A stretch of DNA of 59,072 bases. It comes from an uncultured SAR86 cluster bacterium. Its GTDB lineage: Bacteria; Pseudomonadota; Gammaproteobacteria; Magnimaribacterales; D2472. The notes under the pieces were generated by a model that was not told the origin of the DNA, did not search any database, and saw nothing but the letters and a program-made list of their open reading frames with translations. The position numbers and the translations under genes were made by a program. The stretch is taken from contig CACPON010000004.1 of the NCBI GenBank assembly GCA_902635645.1, positions 1-59,072 on the forward strand, in the 5' to 3' direction. How positions within the stretch are numbered: the stretch's first letter is position 1; each line of letters opens with the position of its first letter. Positions 1-11,933 of this stretch are shown here, in pieces.

Positions 1-2
1 AT

Positions 3-302
3 ATTTTAAATGAAGTGCTTATAAAATATATATCTACAAACTTTCCTATAGGAATTCTTATTGTAAATGTTTTAGGTTGCCTTCTTGTTGGTTTAGTTTT
101 AGGTAATTCAATAATTTCAAAAGGCCACCTTTATTATTTTTTTGCTGTTGGTTTCTTAGGATCATTCACAACAATGTCTGCATTTAGTTATCAGGCTATA
201 GAGTTATTTAATAGCAATATTTTAATTGCATGTTCATATATAATATTAACTTTAATGCTGACAATTTTAGCAACCTATATAGGTATTAATTTTTCTAAAT
301 AA
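3..302 (+). CDS. crcB: Fluoride efflux channel CrcB/Fluc, N-terminus cut by the window edge
   Basis: Motifs FPxG..VNVLGCLLVG and GFLGSFTTMSAF. The frame is open back to position 3, so the true start lies outside the window. Confidence 0.9.
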   Translation: MLNEVLIKYISTNFPIGILIVNVLGCLLVGLVLGNSIISKGHLYYFFAVGFLGSFTTMSAFSYQAIELFNSNILIACSYIILTLMLTILATYIGINFSK

Positions 303-303
303 A

Positions 304-603
304 ATGATTGATATAAAAAACCTTAGAGACAATATTGATGCTACAAGCGAAGCACTTCTTAGAAGATGTTACAAATTAGAAGCTAAAAAATTCAAATCTC
401 TAGATTCTGAAAGAAAAGCTTTGCAAGTTAATGTTGAAACACTTCAATCTTCTAGAAAAAAATTATCCGAAGAGTTTGGAAAGCTCAAGGCTTCGGGTTC
501 CGATACTGCTTCATTAAAAGAAGAAATCGATACTATTAACTCAGATCTAAAAAGAGAAAATGAATTATTAAATGTGCTTTTAGAATCTATAAATGAGTCT
601 CTG
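304..603 (+). pseudogene. serS: Seryl-tRNA synthetase, N-terminal coiled-coil only (~100 aa), broken at ~600
   Basis: MIDIKNLRDN...LDSERKALQVNVETLQSSRKKLSEEFGKLK is the SerS tRNA-binding arm and follows crcB as in the usual gammaproteobacterial order. After ~ESINESL the frame runs into the antisense of lolA and stops at 714. Confidence 0.85.
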
Positions 604-815
604 AGGATATATTTTTCTTTGGTTGGTAAATCTATTGTTATTTCAATAAAATCTTTATTTCTAACTAATCTTCCTTTTGAATTAATTTCGTCAAAACCTG
701 AATCAGTAGTTTGAACAAAATTTAAATTATTTTTTATTAAGTTGTTGATAGACAGAATGTTATCTTTTGAATATAGATTTAAAGAGAGCAATAAAGAGAA
801 TATTAATTTATTCAA
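596..815 (-). pseudogene. lolA: LolA-like lipoprotein carrier, N-terminal ~73 aa only, broken at ~600
   Basis: Directly downstream of ftsK (conserved ftsK-lolA order). Signal-like N-terminus and NFVQT...SKGRL pattern. Below ~596 the frame is simply the antisense of serS. Confidence 0.65.
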
Positions 816-816
816 T

Positions 817-3111
817 CTAGTCTCTTTTTGGCACTAAAACTTCTCTTGAACCATTAGAACTCATCTCTGATACTAAACCAGCTTCTTCCATTGACTCTAT
901 AAGCCTAGCAGCTCTGTTATATCCAATTCTGAGTTTTCTTTGAACTGCAGATATAGATGCCCTTCTGGACTCTAAAACAAAATTAACTGCTTCATCATAT
1001 AAATCATCTGAGTCTTCAGATGAAGAGCTTTCTGATCCTGACCAACCAGGTATAGGACCTGTCTCTTGAGATGATGAAACAATATCATCTATATATTCTG
1101 GTTCAGCTCTTGATTTCCAATCATTAACAACTCTATGAACTTCATCATCTCCAACAAAAGCTCCGTGAACTCTTACAGGAACACCAACACCGGGTGGCAA
1201 ATAAAGCATATCTCCATAACCTAATAGTTGTTCTGCTCCGCCTTGATCTAATATGGTTCTAGAGTCTATTTTTGTAGAAACTTGAAAACCTATTCTTGTA
1301 GGAATGTTTGCTTTAATTAAACCTGTAATAACATCAACAGAAGGTCTTTGTGTTGCAAGAATTAAATGAATACCAGCTGCTCTTGCTTTTTGTGCAATTC
1401 TTGCAATTAAGTGTTCAACTTTTTTACCAACTAACATCATCATGTCAGCAAATTCATCTACAACTACAACAATAGATGGAAGAACTTCAAGATACTCCTC
1501 ATCCTCAGGATGCAAAGGATTAATTAATTGCTTACCATTCGCTGCTGCTTCTTCAACCTTTTTATTATATCCTGCAAGATTTCTTACTCCCATTAATGAC
1601 ATAAGTTTATATCTTCTGTCCATTTCAACCACACACCATCTCAGGCCATTTGATGCATCTGTCATATCAGTTATTACAGGAGTTAATAAGTGAGGAATAC
1701 CATCATAAACAGAAAGCTCTAGCATTTTTGGGTCAATTAAAATCAATCTCACATCCTTGGGATCTGATTTGAATAAAAGACTAAGAAGCATAGCGTTTAC
1801 ACCTACTGATTTTCCTGATCCTGTTGTACCTGCAACTAATAAATGTGGCATTTTTGCAAGATCAACTACAACAGGGTTGCCTGAAATATCGTGTCCTAGA
1901 GCAAGGGTTAGATTAGATGGTGATTTTTTAAATGCTTTAGAGGATAAAATCTCGGTTAATCGGACCATTTTTCTATTAGTATTGGGTATTTCAATACCAA
2001 CATAGGATTTACCCTCGATAACTTCTACCACTCTAACACTGCTAACAGATAGTGACCTTGCTATATCTTGAGCAATATTTGTGATTTTACTTGCCTTGGT
2101 GCCTGGCGCAGGTTGAATTTCGAATCTGGTAACTACAGGTCCCGGAAGAACAGATTCGACAGTAGCTTCAATTCCAAATTCATCAAGTTTTGTTTCAAGA
2201 AGAGATGCTATTTGGCTTAACTCTTCCTCAGTCAATGAAGAACCATCATCAAGAGCTCTATCAAGAAGTTCAGTACTTGGCATTACTGTTTTTTCTTGAG
2301 ATGTTTCAGTAATTGATTCTTTTGATTCAACTTCTTTTATAGTTGGCTCGGAAGTGTTTGGTAAGTCTGGTTGTAGTGGTGAATCTAGAGACTTATTTTT
2401 ATCCTCTGCAATATCAACTTTTTTAGCAGGTACAATTTTTGATTTTAAATTTTTAGCTTCTTCTTTTTTAGATTCTTTGATATCTCTTATTTCTTTTAAA
2501 CGTTTAAAAAAACTAGAAGTGCTTGCTCTAATAAAACTAAATAGTTTAGATAAGGATACTCGACATAAATCAAAAAAATTAATCAACAAATTTCCAATTA
2601 AATCTAAAGTCTTTAACCAAGAAAAATTAAATGATAATGAAGATGCTGGAATTATAAAAATAACGAGAAATATTAAGCTTCCAATAAAACCAAGAGTATT
2701 TGATAGGTTTATAAAAAATATTTTTCCCAAATAGCCTCCACTATTTTCAAGGAAATAATATTCAAGAATTGAACAAAAACTAATTAATAGAATAACTGAG
2801 CTAACAACCCTTACTGCAATTTTAACTTTAGAATTATATGGATCTCTAAAAAAAATTGTTTGAAGAGCCCAAATAACCCCAACTGCTAGAATTAAATATG
2901 ACCCCAAGCCAAAAATGGTAAATAAAAAGTCAGAAATATTTGCTCCAAGTGGTCCGCCTAGATTGTTAATATTTGATGAAGAAGTTTTATAAAAAATACC
3001 AGGATCAGATGAGTCATGTGAGATTAAGGCTATTAAAATATATAAAGAAAATGCTATTAAAAAAAAGCTAAGAAAATTTAGTAAAGTATTTTTTACGTAA
3101 TTTGGTATCAC
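817..3111 (-). CDS. ftsK: DNA translocase FtsK
   Basis: N-terminal 4TM region, [15 protein letters not shown] Walker [16 protein letters not shown]-terminal gamma domain ([14 protein letters not shown]). Confidence 0.98.
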   Translation of the reverse strand: MIPNYVKNTLLNFLSFFLIAFSLYILIALISHDSSDPGIFYKTSSSNINNLGGPLGANISDFLFTIFGLGSYLILAVGVIWALQTIFFRDPYNSKVKIAVRVVSSVILLISFCSILEYYFLENSGGYLGKIFFINLSNTLGFIGSLIFLVIFIIPASSLSFNFSWLKTLDLIGNLLINFFDLCRVSLSKLFSFIRASTSSFFKRLKEIRDIKESKKEEAKNLKSKIVPAKKVDIAEDKNKSLDSPLQPDLPNTSEPTIKEVESKESITETSQEKTVMPSTELLDRALDDGSSLTEEELSQIASLLETKLDEFGIEATVESVLPGPVVTRFEIQPAPGTKASKITNIAQDIARSLSVSSVRVVEVIEGKSYVGIEIPNTNRKMVRLTEILSSKAFKKSPSNLTLALGHDISGNPVVVDLAKMPHLLVAGTTGSGKSVGVNAMLLSLLFKSDPKDVRLILIDPKMLELSVYDGIPHLLTPVITDMTDASNGLRWCVVEMDRRYKLMSLMGVRNLAGYNKKVEEAAANGKQLINPLHPEDEEYLEVLPSIVVVVDEFADMMMLVGKKVEHLIARIAQKARAAGIHLILATQRPSVDVITGLIKANIPTRIGFQVSTKIDSRTILDQGGAEQLLGYGDMLYLPPGVGVPVRVHGAFVGDDEVHRVVNDWKSRAEPEYIDDIVSSSQETGPIPGWSGSESSSSEDSDDLYDEAVNFVLESRRASISAVQRKLRIGYNRAARLIESMEEAGLVSEMSSNGSREVLVPKRD

Positions 3112-3139
3112 AGTATTTTTTTAATAGTTTTATGTATAA

Positions 3140-4126
<987 letters not shown>

Positions 4127-4132
4127 AATATC

Positions 4133-5116
4133 ATGGACTATAAAGCATATTTAGTTGAAGAATTAGACGGAGTATATTCAGGCTCTATCAAAGAACTTCA
4201 AATGCGTGACATAGAACCAGGAAATGTAATCATTAAAGTCCATTATTCTTCATTAAATTATAAAGATGCTTTAGCTGCTTCAGGTGTAAAAGGAGTTGCA
4301 TCCTCCTACCCTTTTGTTCCAGGGATAGACGTTGCTGGAGAGATTTTAGAATCTACATCAGATAACTTTAAAGCCGGTGACAAAGTAATAGCAACAGGCT
4401 ATAAGCTTGGCATGTCAGTTTTTGGAGGTTTTGGTCAATTAGTTCAAATACCTCAAGAATGGGTGGTACCACTTCCATCAGATTTTTCACTTCTTAATGC
4501 CATGTCGTTTGGGACAGCTGGCTTAACAGCTGGGGCTTGTGTTAAGAAAATTTTAAACAATAATCCATCATTTAAAAATCCAGTATTAGTTTCAGGTGCT
4601 ACAGGAGGTGTTGGTTCTGTAGCTGTTAATTTATTATCTAATTTAAATTATGAAGTTCACGCAATTACTGGGAAATTAAATGAAGAGCTCATTTTAAAAA
4701 AAATGGGTGCATCAAAAGTTATTGATAGAAATGAATTCATGGCTGAACCGGTAAAAGCTCTAGATAAGGCTATTTATTCAGCAGGTGTTGATACAGTAGG
4801 TGGTGATATTCTATCAAAAATGCTGTCAATGATTGAAAGTCATGGAAGTGTTGCGTGTTGTGGAAATGTAGCTGGCATGAAATTTACATCTTCAGTATTT
4901 CCATTTATTTTAAGAGGTATTTCTTTAATAGGAGTTGATTCAGCTGAATCAGATATAAACTTCAAAAAAGAAATTTGGGATCTTTTTTCAAGCGATTGGT
5001 CACTTAATCTAGATGATTATAGTAAAGTTATACCGCTTGAAGATATTGGAGATGAAATTACAAAAATTTTAGATGGCAAACAAATTGGAAGAGTTGTCAT
5101 AAAACACGGAGATTAA
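4133..5116 (+). CDS. acuI: YhdH/YhfP-family MDR oxidoreductase (acryloyl-CoA reductase AcuI-like)
   Basis: YSSLNYKDALA, PGID, GTAGLTA, VSGATGGVGS, VFPFILRG..L.GVDS. Confidence 0.85.
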   Translation: MDYKAYLVEELDGVYSGSIKELQMRDIEPGNVIIKVHYSSLNYKDALAASGVKGVASSYPFVPGIDVAGEILESTSDNFKAGDKVIATGYKLGMSVFGGFGQLVQIPQEWVVPLPSDFSLLNAMSFGTAGLTAGACVKKILNNNPSFKNPVLVSGATGGVGSVAVNLLSNLNYEVHAITGKLNEELILKKMGASKVIDRNEFMAEPVKALDKAIYSAGVDTVGGDILSKMLSMIESHGSVACCGNVAGMKFTSSVFPFILRGISLIGVDSAESDINFKKEIWDLFSSDWSLNLDDYSKVIPLEDIGDEITKILDGKQIGRVVIKHGD

Positions 5117-5118
5117 AT

Positions 5119-5253
5119 ATGAACAATGATGATTTTGAAAAGTATTATGAATCAAAAGAAGCTAATGAAGATAGCAAGTCAGATGCTAATGTAATTTTAT
5201 TTCTTGTCATAGTATCTGTAATTGCTATGACATACTGGGTTGCAGGTCAGTAA
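5119..5253 (+). CDS. 44-aa small membrane protein (not in ORF track)
   Basis: MNNDDFEKYYESKEANEDSKSDANVILFLVIVSVIAMTYWVAGQ*. GGAGA RBS at 5108-5112; fills the acuI-SDR gap; one C-terminal TM helix. Confidence 0.7.
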   Translation: MNNDDFEKYYESKEANEDSKSDANVILFLVIVSVIAMTYWVAGQ

Positions 5254-5257
5254 GAAA

Positions 5258-6028
5258 CTATTTAGCTTCCATTCTCATTGCTGAATCTAGCCTAATTGTT
5301 TCTCCATTTAGATAAGTATTATTAATAATGTGTTCAGCTAGCTGAGCATATTCTTTGACATCACCAAATCTATGTGGAAATTGAGTAGATTTTAAAAGAG
5401 CTTCCTTATTTTCATCTTTAGCTAGCGCCATTAAAGGTGTATCAAATATACCGGGGGCTATAGTGCATACTCTGATACTATGTCTAGCAAGATCTCTAGC
5501 TGAAGTTAAAGTCATTCCTATTACACCAGCTTTTGATGCTGCATATGCTGATTGACCAATTTGTCCTTCGTAGCCCGCAATTGATGCCGTATTTATTACA
5601 ACACCCTTCTCACCCTTATCGTCTGGATCATTTGCGTCAATTAACTCAGCTCCAAGCCTCATCACATTAAAAGTACCAACTAAATTTAAATCAATAATGA
5701 ATTTAAATATATCTAAAGGATGGGGACCATTTTTACCAAGTATTCTTGCACCATAACCTGTACCAGCACAATTAACTATAAAATTTAGCTTTCCGAAATT
5801 TTCTTTGATTCCATTTATAGCGTTCTTTACAGAATCTTCATTCATAACATCTGTATTAAAATAAACAACATTATCTGCACCAAGCAGATCAATGACCTCC
5901 TTAGCCTTTTCATCATTAATATCTAGTATTGCAACCTTGCATCCCTTAGAGACAAAATGCTCAACAGTTCCTCTACCTAAACCTGAGGCTCCTCCGGTAA
6001 CTAATGCGACATTATTTTTTAGATCCAT
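5258..6028 (-). CDS. SDR family 3-hydroxyacyl-CoA dehydrogenase type II (HSD10-like)
   Basis: TGGASGLG, NCAG, YxxxK (AYAASK), IAPGIFDTP, LNGETIRLD. Start moved to the ATG at 6028 (GGGAG RBS). Confidence 0.9.
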   Translation of the reverse strand: MDLKNNVALVTGGASGLGRGTVEHFVSKGCKVAILDINDEKAKEVIDLLGADNVVYFNTDVMNEDSVKNAINGIKENFGKLNFIVNCAGTGYGARILGKNGPHPLDIFKFIIDLNLVGTFNVMRLGAELIDANDPDDKGEKGVVINTASIAGYEGQIGQSAYAASKAGVIGMTLTSARDLARHSIRVCTIAPGIFDTPLMALAKDENKEALLKSTQFPHRFGDVKEYAQLAEHIINNTYLNGETIRLDSAMRMEAK

Positions 6029-6095
6029 ATGATTACTCCCTTTTATAGATATCAAAATTATACCTTTAATTGAAAATAAAGATAAAAAACAACGA

Positions 6096-6113
6096 TTGGC
6101 ACATAAATTGCAT
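6096..6113 (+). promoter_or_regulatory. sigma54 -24/-12 promoter for torF-glnK-amt
   Basis: TTGGCACATAAATTGCAT, an exact TGGCAC-N5-TTGCA match 45 bp upstream of the ATG. Confidence 0.9.
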
Positions 6114-6158
6114 TACTAAAAGCGAATATAAATTATTTTTCATATTAAGGAGAAAAAA

Positions 6159-7099
<941 letters not shown>

Positions 7100-7109
7100 G
7101 GAGTAAAAG

Positions 7110-8351
7110 ATGGAAGAAATTGCATTTGCTTTAGATACATTTTACGCAGTAATGGCAGGAGCTCTTGTTATGTTCATGGCAGCTGGTTTTACCATGCTTG
7201 AAGCAGGACTTGTGCAAAAGAAAGATGTATCAGAAATTGTAACGAAAAATATAGGCTTATACTCAATAGCTTGTATTATGTACCTAGCCTGTGGCTTTGT
7301 AATTATGTACCCTGGTTCATATATTATTGAAGGTGTTTTACCGTCAATTCTTGGAACAAGTTCATTTGGATTATCAACTTCATTACCTAATGAAGATATA
7401 GGTATGCCATATGGTATGGATTATTCACAACAAGCCGACTTCTTTTTCCAAGTAGTTTTTGTTGCTACGGCAATGTCGATAGTATCAGGAGCTGTTGCTG
7501 GAAGAATGAAACTTATACCTTTCTACTTATTTGCTATCGTATTAACAGGTTTAATATACCCTATTCAGGGTGCATGGAACTGGGGCGGTGGTTTCTTAAG
7601 CGGAACTTTTGGTTATTCTGACTATGCAGGATCAGGAACAGTGCATTTATGTGGTGCAGCTGCAGCATTAGCAGTTGTAACTGTTCTAGGGCCAAGAAAT
7701 GGTAAGTATGCTCCTGACGGAACATCTTTACCTATGCCTGGATCTAATATACCAATGGCTGCATTAGGTGTATGGATTCTTTGGTTAGGTTGGTTCGGAT
7801 TTAATGGTGGATCAGAGTTAATTGTTAGCAACGAAGCATCTGCTATTGCTGTCAGTCAGGTATTTATGAATACAAATATGGCTGCATGTGGTGGTGTTGT
7901 TGCTGCAATCTTAGTGAGCTTAATTAGAACAGGTAAAATGGATGTAACAATGGCTATGAATGGTGCTATTGCTGGTTTAGTTGCAATAACAGCTGGCCCA
8001 AGTGCTCCATCTGGTGGTGCTGCAGTCTTAATTGGTGCGTTAGGCGGTGTTTTAGTATATTTCTCAATCTTATTTTTTGATAATGTTCTAAAGCTTGATG
8101 ATCCAGTTGGTGCTATTTCAGCTCACGGAACTGTTGGTATCTTAGGTGTTATGGTTGTTCCATTTACATCTGATGCTTCATTCTTTGCTCAATTCATTGG
8201 TGTAATTGCAATCGCAGGATTTACGTTTATTGCAAGTTTGTTAACAATCTATGCTATTAACGCTGTATTGCCAATTAGAGCTAGTGATGACGAACAGTAT
8301 GCTGGTCTAGATAGTTCTGAGATAGGAGTTGAAGCTTATCCAGAATTTTAA
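7110..8351 (+). CDS. amtB: Ammonium transporter (Amt), copy 1
   Basis: DYAGSGTVH, LWLGWFGFNGGS, DDPVGAISAHG; ~11 TM segments. Confidence 0.96.
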   Translation: MEEIAFALDTFYAVMAGALVMFMAAGFTMLEAGLVQKKDVSEIVTKNIGLYSIACIMYLACGFVIMYPGSYIIEGVLPSILGTSSFGLSTSLPNEDIGMPYGMDYSQQADFFFQVVFVATAMSIVSGAVAGRMKLIPFYLFAIVLTGLIYPIQGAWNWGGGFLSGTFGYSDYAGSGTVHLCGAAAALAVVTVLGPRNGKYAPDGTSLPMPGSNIPMAALGVWILWLGWFGFNGGSELIVSNEASAIAVSQVFMNTNMAACGGVVAAILVSLIRTGKMDVTMAMNGAIAGLVAITAGPSAPSGGAAVLIGALGGVLVYFSILFFDNVLKLDDPVGAISAHGTVGILGVMVVPFTSDASFFAQFIGVIAIAGFTFIASLLTIYAINAVLPIRASDDEQYAGLDSSEIGVEAYPEF

Positions 8352-8353
8352 GT

Positions 8354-8400
8354 TTATAGGTTAGGGTCCTTATCTCCCCTATATATAACCTAACCTGTAA
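8354..8400 (+). other. 12-bp stem-loop with C/U-rich loop in the amt1 3' UTR
   Basis: TTATAGGTTAGG (8354-8365) pairs with CCTAACCTGTAA (8389-8400, one G-U). The loop contains TCCTTATCTCCCCT. Confidence 0.65.
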
Positions 8401-8406
8401 TATACT

Positions 8407-8439
8407 AAAAGCCGTTACTTTCTGTAGCGGCTTTTTTTT
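8407..8439 (+). terminator. Intrinsic terminator after amt1
   Basis: GCCGTTAC-tttct-GTAGCGGC followed by T8. Confidence 0.9.
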
Positions 8440-8455
8440 GCACCTTTTATAAGCA
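8439..8455. promoter_or_regulatory. Possible NtrC-type enhancer site
   Basis: TGCACCTTTTATAAGCA resembles TGCACC-N4-TGGTGCA and lies ~60-70 bp upstream of the sigma54 site; only one good half-site. Confidence 0.4.
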
Positions 8456-8511
8456 AAATTTAAATTTCTATTTTGATGTGCCCTTTTTATTAACACTTAT
8501 AGAGTTTTAAT

Positions 8512-8529
8512 TTGGCATATAAATTGCAT
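8512..8529 (+). promoter_or_regulatory. sigma54 -24/-12 promoter for amt2
   Basis: TTGGCATATAAATTGCAT, 17/18 identical to the site at 6096. Confidence 0.88.
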
Positions 8530-8562
8530 GTAATTAATATATATATTTTTAAGGGAGATATA

Positions 8563-9843
8563 ATGAATAAGATGTATTTAATCTTAGGTAGTCTTTTAGC
8601 TACTCAAGTTGTTCATGGAGAAGAGTTAAATTCAGGTGATACTGCTTGGATACTTACCTCTACTGCTTTAGTCCTTTTTATGACTTTACCAGGATTAGCT
8701 TTATTTTATGGTGGACTGGTTAGAACAAAAAATGTTCTTTCAGTTTTAATGCAGTGTTTTACAATTGCATGTTTAATGTCAGTATGTTGGGTTATTTATG
8801 GTTATAGCCTTGCATTCAAAGGTGATGGTATGTTTATAGGCGATCTAAGCGCGCTATTTTTAAATGGTGTAGGAAGAGATTCTCTATCTGGAACGCTTCC
8901 TGAATCAGTATTTATAACTTTTCAAATGACATTTGCAATTATTACACCCGCACTTGTAGTTGGAGCTTTTGCAGAAAGAATGAAATTTACAGCAATGTGC
9001 CTTTTTTCAGTTGCATGGTTTACTTTTGTATATCTGCCAGCATGTCATATGGTCTGGGGCGGTGGATATCTTGGATCAATAGGAGTCATAGATTTTGCCG
9101 GAGGTCTAGTTGTTCATGCCACATGTGGTATAGGAGCATTAGTTTCGGCTTTATATCTAGGACAAAGAAATGGTTTTATGAAATCTCCTATGCCGCCACA
9201 TAATAGAACAATGGTTATGATTGGTGCATCAATGCTTTGGGTTGGCTGGTTTGGTTTTAATGCCGGAAGTGCTGTAGCTGCTGATGGTTCTGCTGGTATG
9301 GCTATGCTAGTAACTCACATCAGTGCTGCAACAGGCGCATTAACATGGATGGCTATTGAATGGATTAAATCCGGTAAAGCTACAATGATTGGTATAGCTA
9401 CAGGAATGGTAGCTGGTTTAGCCACTATTACACCAGCCTCTGGGACTGTAGGTCCAGCTGGAGCATTATTAATTGGATTCTTAGCAGGATTAGTCTGTTT
9501 TTATGCCACTCAAGCCGTTAAGTCTTACTTCAGAATTGATGATTCGCTTGATGTGTTCCCTGTCCATGGTGTTGGAGGTATTCTTGGCATTATTATGATT
9601 GCTTTTGTTGGTAATCCTGATGGTTTTCTTGGCTCAGGAGCGGCTGGTATCTCTGAAGATGGTACTATTGCTCAGCTAATGATTCAACTTCAAGGAGTTG
9701 TTGTTATATCAGCTTATACAGCAATAGTAACATACGTAATTCTAAGATTAGTTAGTTTAATAACTGATGTAAGAGCTTCGGAAGAAGACGAAGATATTGG
9801 TTTAGATATGAGTGAGCATAACGAACAAGGTTATAGTTTATAA
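8563..9843 (+). CDS. amtB: Ammonium transporter AmtB, copy 2 (with N-terminal signal peptide)
   Basis: GDTAW, LVLFMTLPGLALFYGG, DFAGGLVVH, DDSLDVFPVHG. Start set at the ATG at 8563 (GGGAG RBS) because the ORF-track TTG lies inside the promoter. Confidence 0.96.
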   Translation: MNKMYLILGSLLATQVVHGEELNSGDTAWILTSTALVLFMTLPGLALFYGGLVRTKNVLSVLMQCFTIACLMSVCWVIYGYSLAFKGDGMFIGDLSALFLNGVGRDSLSGTLPESVFITFQMTFAIITPALVVGAFAERMKFTAMCLFSVAWFTFVYLPACHMVWGGGYLGSIGVIDFAGGLVVHATCGIGALVSALYLGQRNGFMKSPMPPHNRTMVMIGASMLWVGWFGFNAGSAVAADGSAGMAMLVTHISAATGALTWMAIEWIKSGKATMIGIATGMVAGLATITPASGTVGPAGALLIGFLAGLVCFYATQAVKSYFRIDDSLDVFPVHGVGGILGIIMIAFVGNPDGFLGSGAAGISEDGTIAQLMIQLQGVVVISAYTAIVTYVILRLVSLITDVRASEEDEDIGLDMSEHNEQGYSL

Positions 9844-10947
9844 GACAGAATTACTATATTGCTTTAAAAGAAAAGGATGCATTTCTTCTGGTATTAAGTG
9901 CATCCTTTTATTTAAATACTCCATAGCTTTATCTATCTCATTTTCAGTGAACTCATGATTAGGTATATTAATACCCTGCATAATACATGCAGCTATATTT
10001 GTAGAATGGTTTTTATAAGAGAGTTTAATTTTATTTGTTATTAATTCAGCTATATCTTCATAACTGTTTGATTCAAATTTCATCGGTTTTCCTATATACA
10101 AATGAACATTACCTTTATCTCCAGTAATACCATCTGAAATGCTTAAAAGATCTTCTCTAGGTTCTTTTTCATAGAAGCTATTAATAGAAGTTAAATATAA
10201 TTCCTTTGCTTTTAAAAGATCATTAGGATCTTTTTGATAGGATATTGCTACAGGAATCAGAGAAATACTATTAAAAAAGTCACTTACTGAAGTATTTTTT
10301 CTTTCATTTAAATGAATCATTTTTAATACAGCCGGGTCAGTGAAATCAATACCATCTTTAGATCTGCCCTGCTTTTGTGCAATCCATACTGACTGATTGT
10401 TATTTGAAATTGAATTAATTATAAATTCAGAGGCTAGATGTAAACTTTTATATATATCTTTCTTTGATTTACCAGATCTATCAATTATGAAACTTTTATT
10501 GAGTCTCATTAAATCTGAAGCCCATTTTTCATTCATCAAGTTATTGCCAACAGCGTTGTTGGTAGTATTAATTCCACTCTGATGTAGTTTTAAATTTAAC
10601 AAGGCTGAATCTAAAGTAATATCTCTGTGATTGGACAAAAATAGATAACCTTTACCAATTTCGAGATTATCAATGCCTTCGATTGAAAAATTATCGATAG
10701 TCTTTTTAACAACATCTAATACTATTGATTCAAAAAATTTTTGATAATCTTTAATTGTTTTAATATTTTTTGTTTTGCGTCTCAAGAAAAATGTAACTAA
10801 TCTCTCAATCATAGGAATATTCTGGAGCCACGTGTTTTTATTAACCGCTAAAATAGTTTTAATAACATCTTTGTCTTTGGCTAGATCTAATAAAACTTTT
10901 TCAACTTCTTGATCTTCGTATGGACGTATGGAATCAAATTTACTCAC
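9838..10947 (-). CDS. Glycerolipid acyltransferase (PlsC/LPLAT superfamily)
   Basis: FDSIRPY N-terminus, NHRDITLD (HxxxxD), WIAQKQGRSKDG. Confidence 0.88.
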   Translation of the reverse strand: MSKFDSIRPYEDQEVEKVLLDLAKDKDVIKTILAVNKNTWLQNIPMIERLVTFFLRRKTKNIKTIKDYQKFFESIVLDVVKKTIDNFSIEGIDNLEIGKGYLFLSNHRDITLDSALLNLKLHQSGINTTNNAVGNNLMNEKWASDLMRLNKSFIIDRSGKSKKDIYKSLHLASEFIINSISNNNQSVWIAQKQGRSKDGIDFTDPAVLKMIHLNERKNTSVSDFFNSISLIPVAISYQKDPNDLLKAKELYLTSINSFYEKEPREDLLSISDGITGDKGNVHLYIGKPMKFESNSYEDIAELITNKIKLSYKNHSTNIAACIMQGINIPNHEFTENEIDKAMEYLNKRMHLIPEEMHPFLLKQYSNSVL

Positions 10948-11011
10948 AGCTATAAAGTACTAAATATAGTTTTCTTATATTTTACATTATTAATGTATAC
11001 AATACTTTTAC

Positions 11012-11752
11012 ATGAAACCTTATCTAAATTATTCAGGAGTTGCAGTTTTAGCTCATAGAGGAGGATCTATCGAGTCTTATGAAAATACTATTGAATCATT
11101 TTATTACTCTCAATCACTAGGATGCAGATTTATTGAAACTGATGTGCAAGTGTCATCTGATGGAATTCCTTATATATTCCATGATGAAACTCTAACCAGA
11201 CTATTGGATAAAAATGATGTATTTAGCAACTTACATTCCTCTGAGATAGAAGATTTAAGAATCTTTGAATCTCATAAAATACCGAGATTAGAAGAAACAC
11301 TTCAGACTTTCCCTGAGATGTATTTTCAAATTGATGTAAAAACTGATGAAGTTGCTATGCCAGCACTAGAAGTTATCCATCAATGTAAGGCTGAAGATAG
11401 AGTTTGTATTGCAAGTTTTAATAGCGCTAGACTATCAAAAGTAAATAATATATATCCTGAAATATGTTTATCTATGGGACCTAATGAGGTCAGTAAAATG
11501 CTTTTATCAAGCTTTGGTTTATTTAAAAAGACTATTATGGGAGACTGCTTGCAGGTACCAATGTACTACTATGGAATTAAGGTAGTAACCAAGAGATTTG
11601 TTGATTTTATCCATAGCAAAGGACTAAAAATATGTGTTTGGACAATTAATGATGAAAAAACTTTTAAAAAACTTATAGATATGGGTGTTGATGGAATTAT
11701 TACTGATAAACCCAAATTATTATTTCAAGTTTTAGATTCAGAAACTAATTAA
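11012..11752 (+). CDS. Glycerophosphodiester phosphodiesterase (GDPD)
   Basis: AHRGG, ENT, IETDV, FHD, WTIND, GVDGIITD. Confidence 0.93.
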   Translation: MKPYLNYSGVAVLAHRGGSIESYENTIESFYYSQSLGCRFIETDVQVSSDGIPYIFHDETLTRLLDKNDVFSNLHSSEIEDLRIFESHKIPRLEETLQTFPEMYFQIDVKTDEVAMPALEVIHQCKAEDRVCIASFNSARLSKVNNIYPEICLSMGPNEVSKMLLSSFGLFKKTIMGDCLQVPMYYYGIKVVTKRFVDFIHSKGLKICVWTINDEKTFKKLIDMGVDGIITDKPKLLFQVLDSETN

Positions 11753-11933
11753 TAAATTTAACTAGTAGTCTTTTAGCAATAATATAAATTGGAATAATTA
11801 TTGAAGTAGTTATAAGTATTTCGATTGGTGTAGAAAAATCGATTAGACTTCTTATAAAAGGAGCAAGAATAAAAGCTGTAACTGCTCCTAAAATACTATA
11901 AAAAATAATAGATTCTTTACTAAGTAATTTCAT
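11745..11933 (-). CDS. 62-aa two-TM hypothetical protein
   Basis: Start overlaps the end of the MFS gene; two hydrophobic helices; fills the gap. Confidence 0.65.
   Translation of the reverse strand: MKLLSKESIIFYSILGAVTAFILAPFIRSLIDFSTPIEILITTSIIIPIYIIAKRLLVKFIN

Noticed and set aside
150-190. CrcB motif TTMSAF instead of TTFSTF as a sign of inactivation
   Set aside because: Single conservative changes with the rest of the motif intact; not enough to claim loss of function.
444-714. Apparent 270-bp antisense overlap of two full ORFs (304-714 + and 444-815 -)
   Set aside because: Both tails are read-through across the inversion junction, not true overlapping genes.
1442-2734. Plus-strand ORFs 1442-1693, 1757-2005, 2354-2734
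   Set aside because: Antisense shadows of ftsK with no RBS or motifs.
8512-8562. N-terminal extension of amt2 in the ORF track (similar extensions for the SDR, gspD, gspH, gspI, TBDR and rpmG)
   Set aside because: Upstream starts fall in promoters or neighbouring genes; downstream ATGs have better RBS or family-consistent N-termini.
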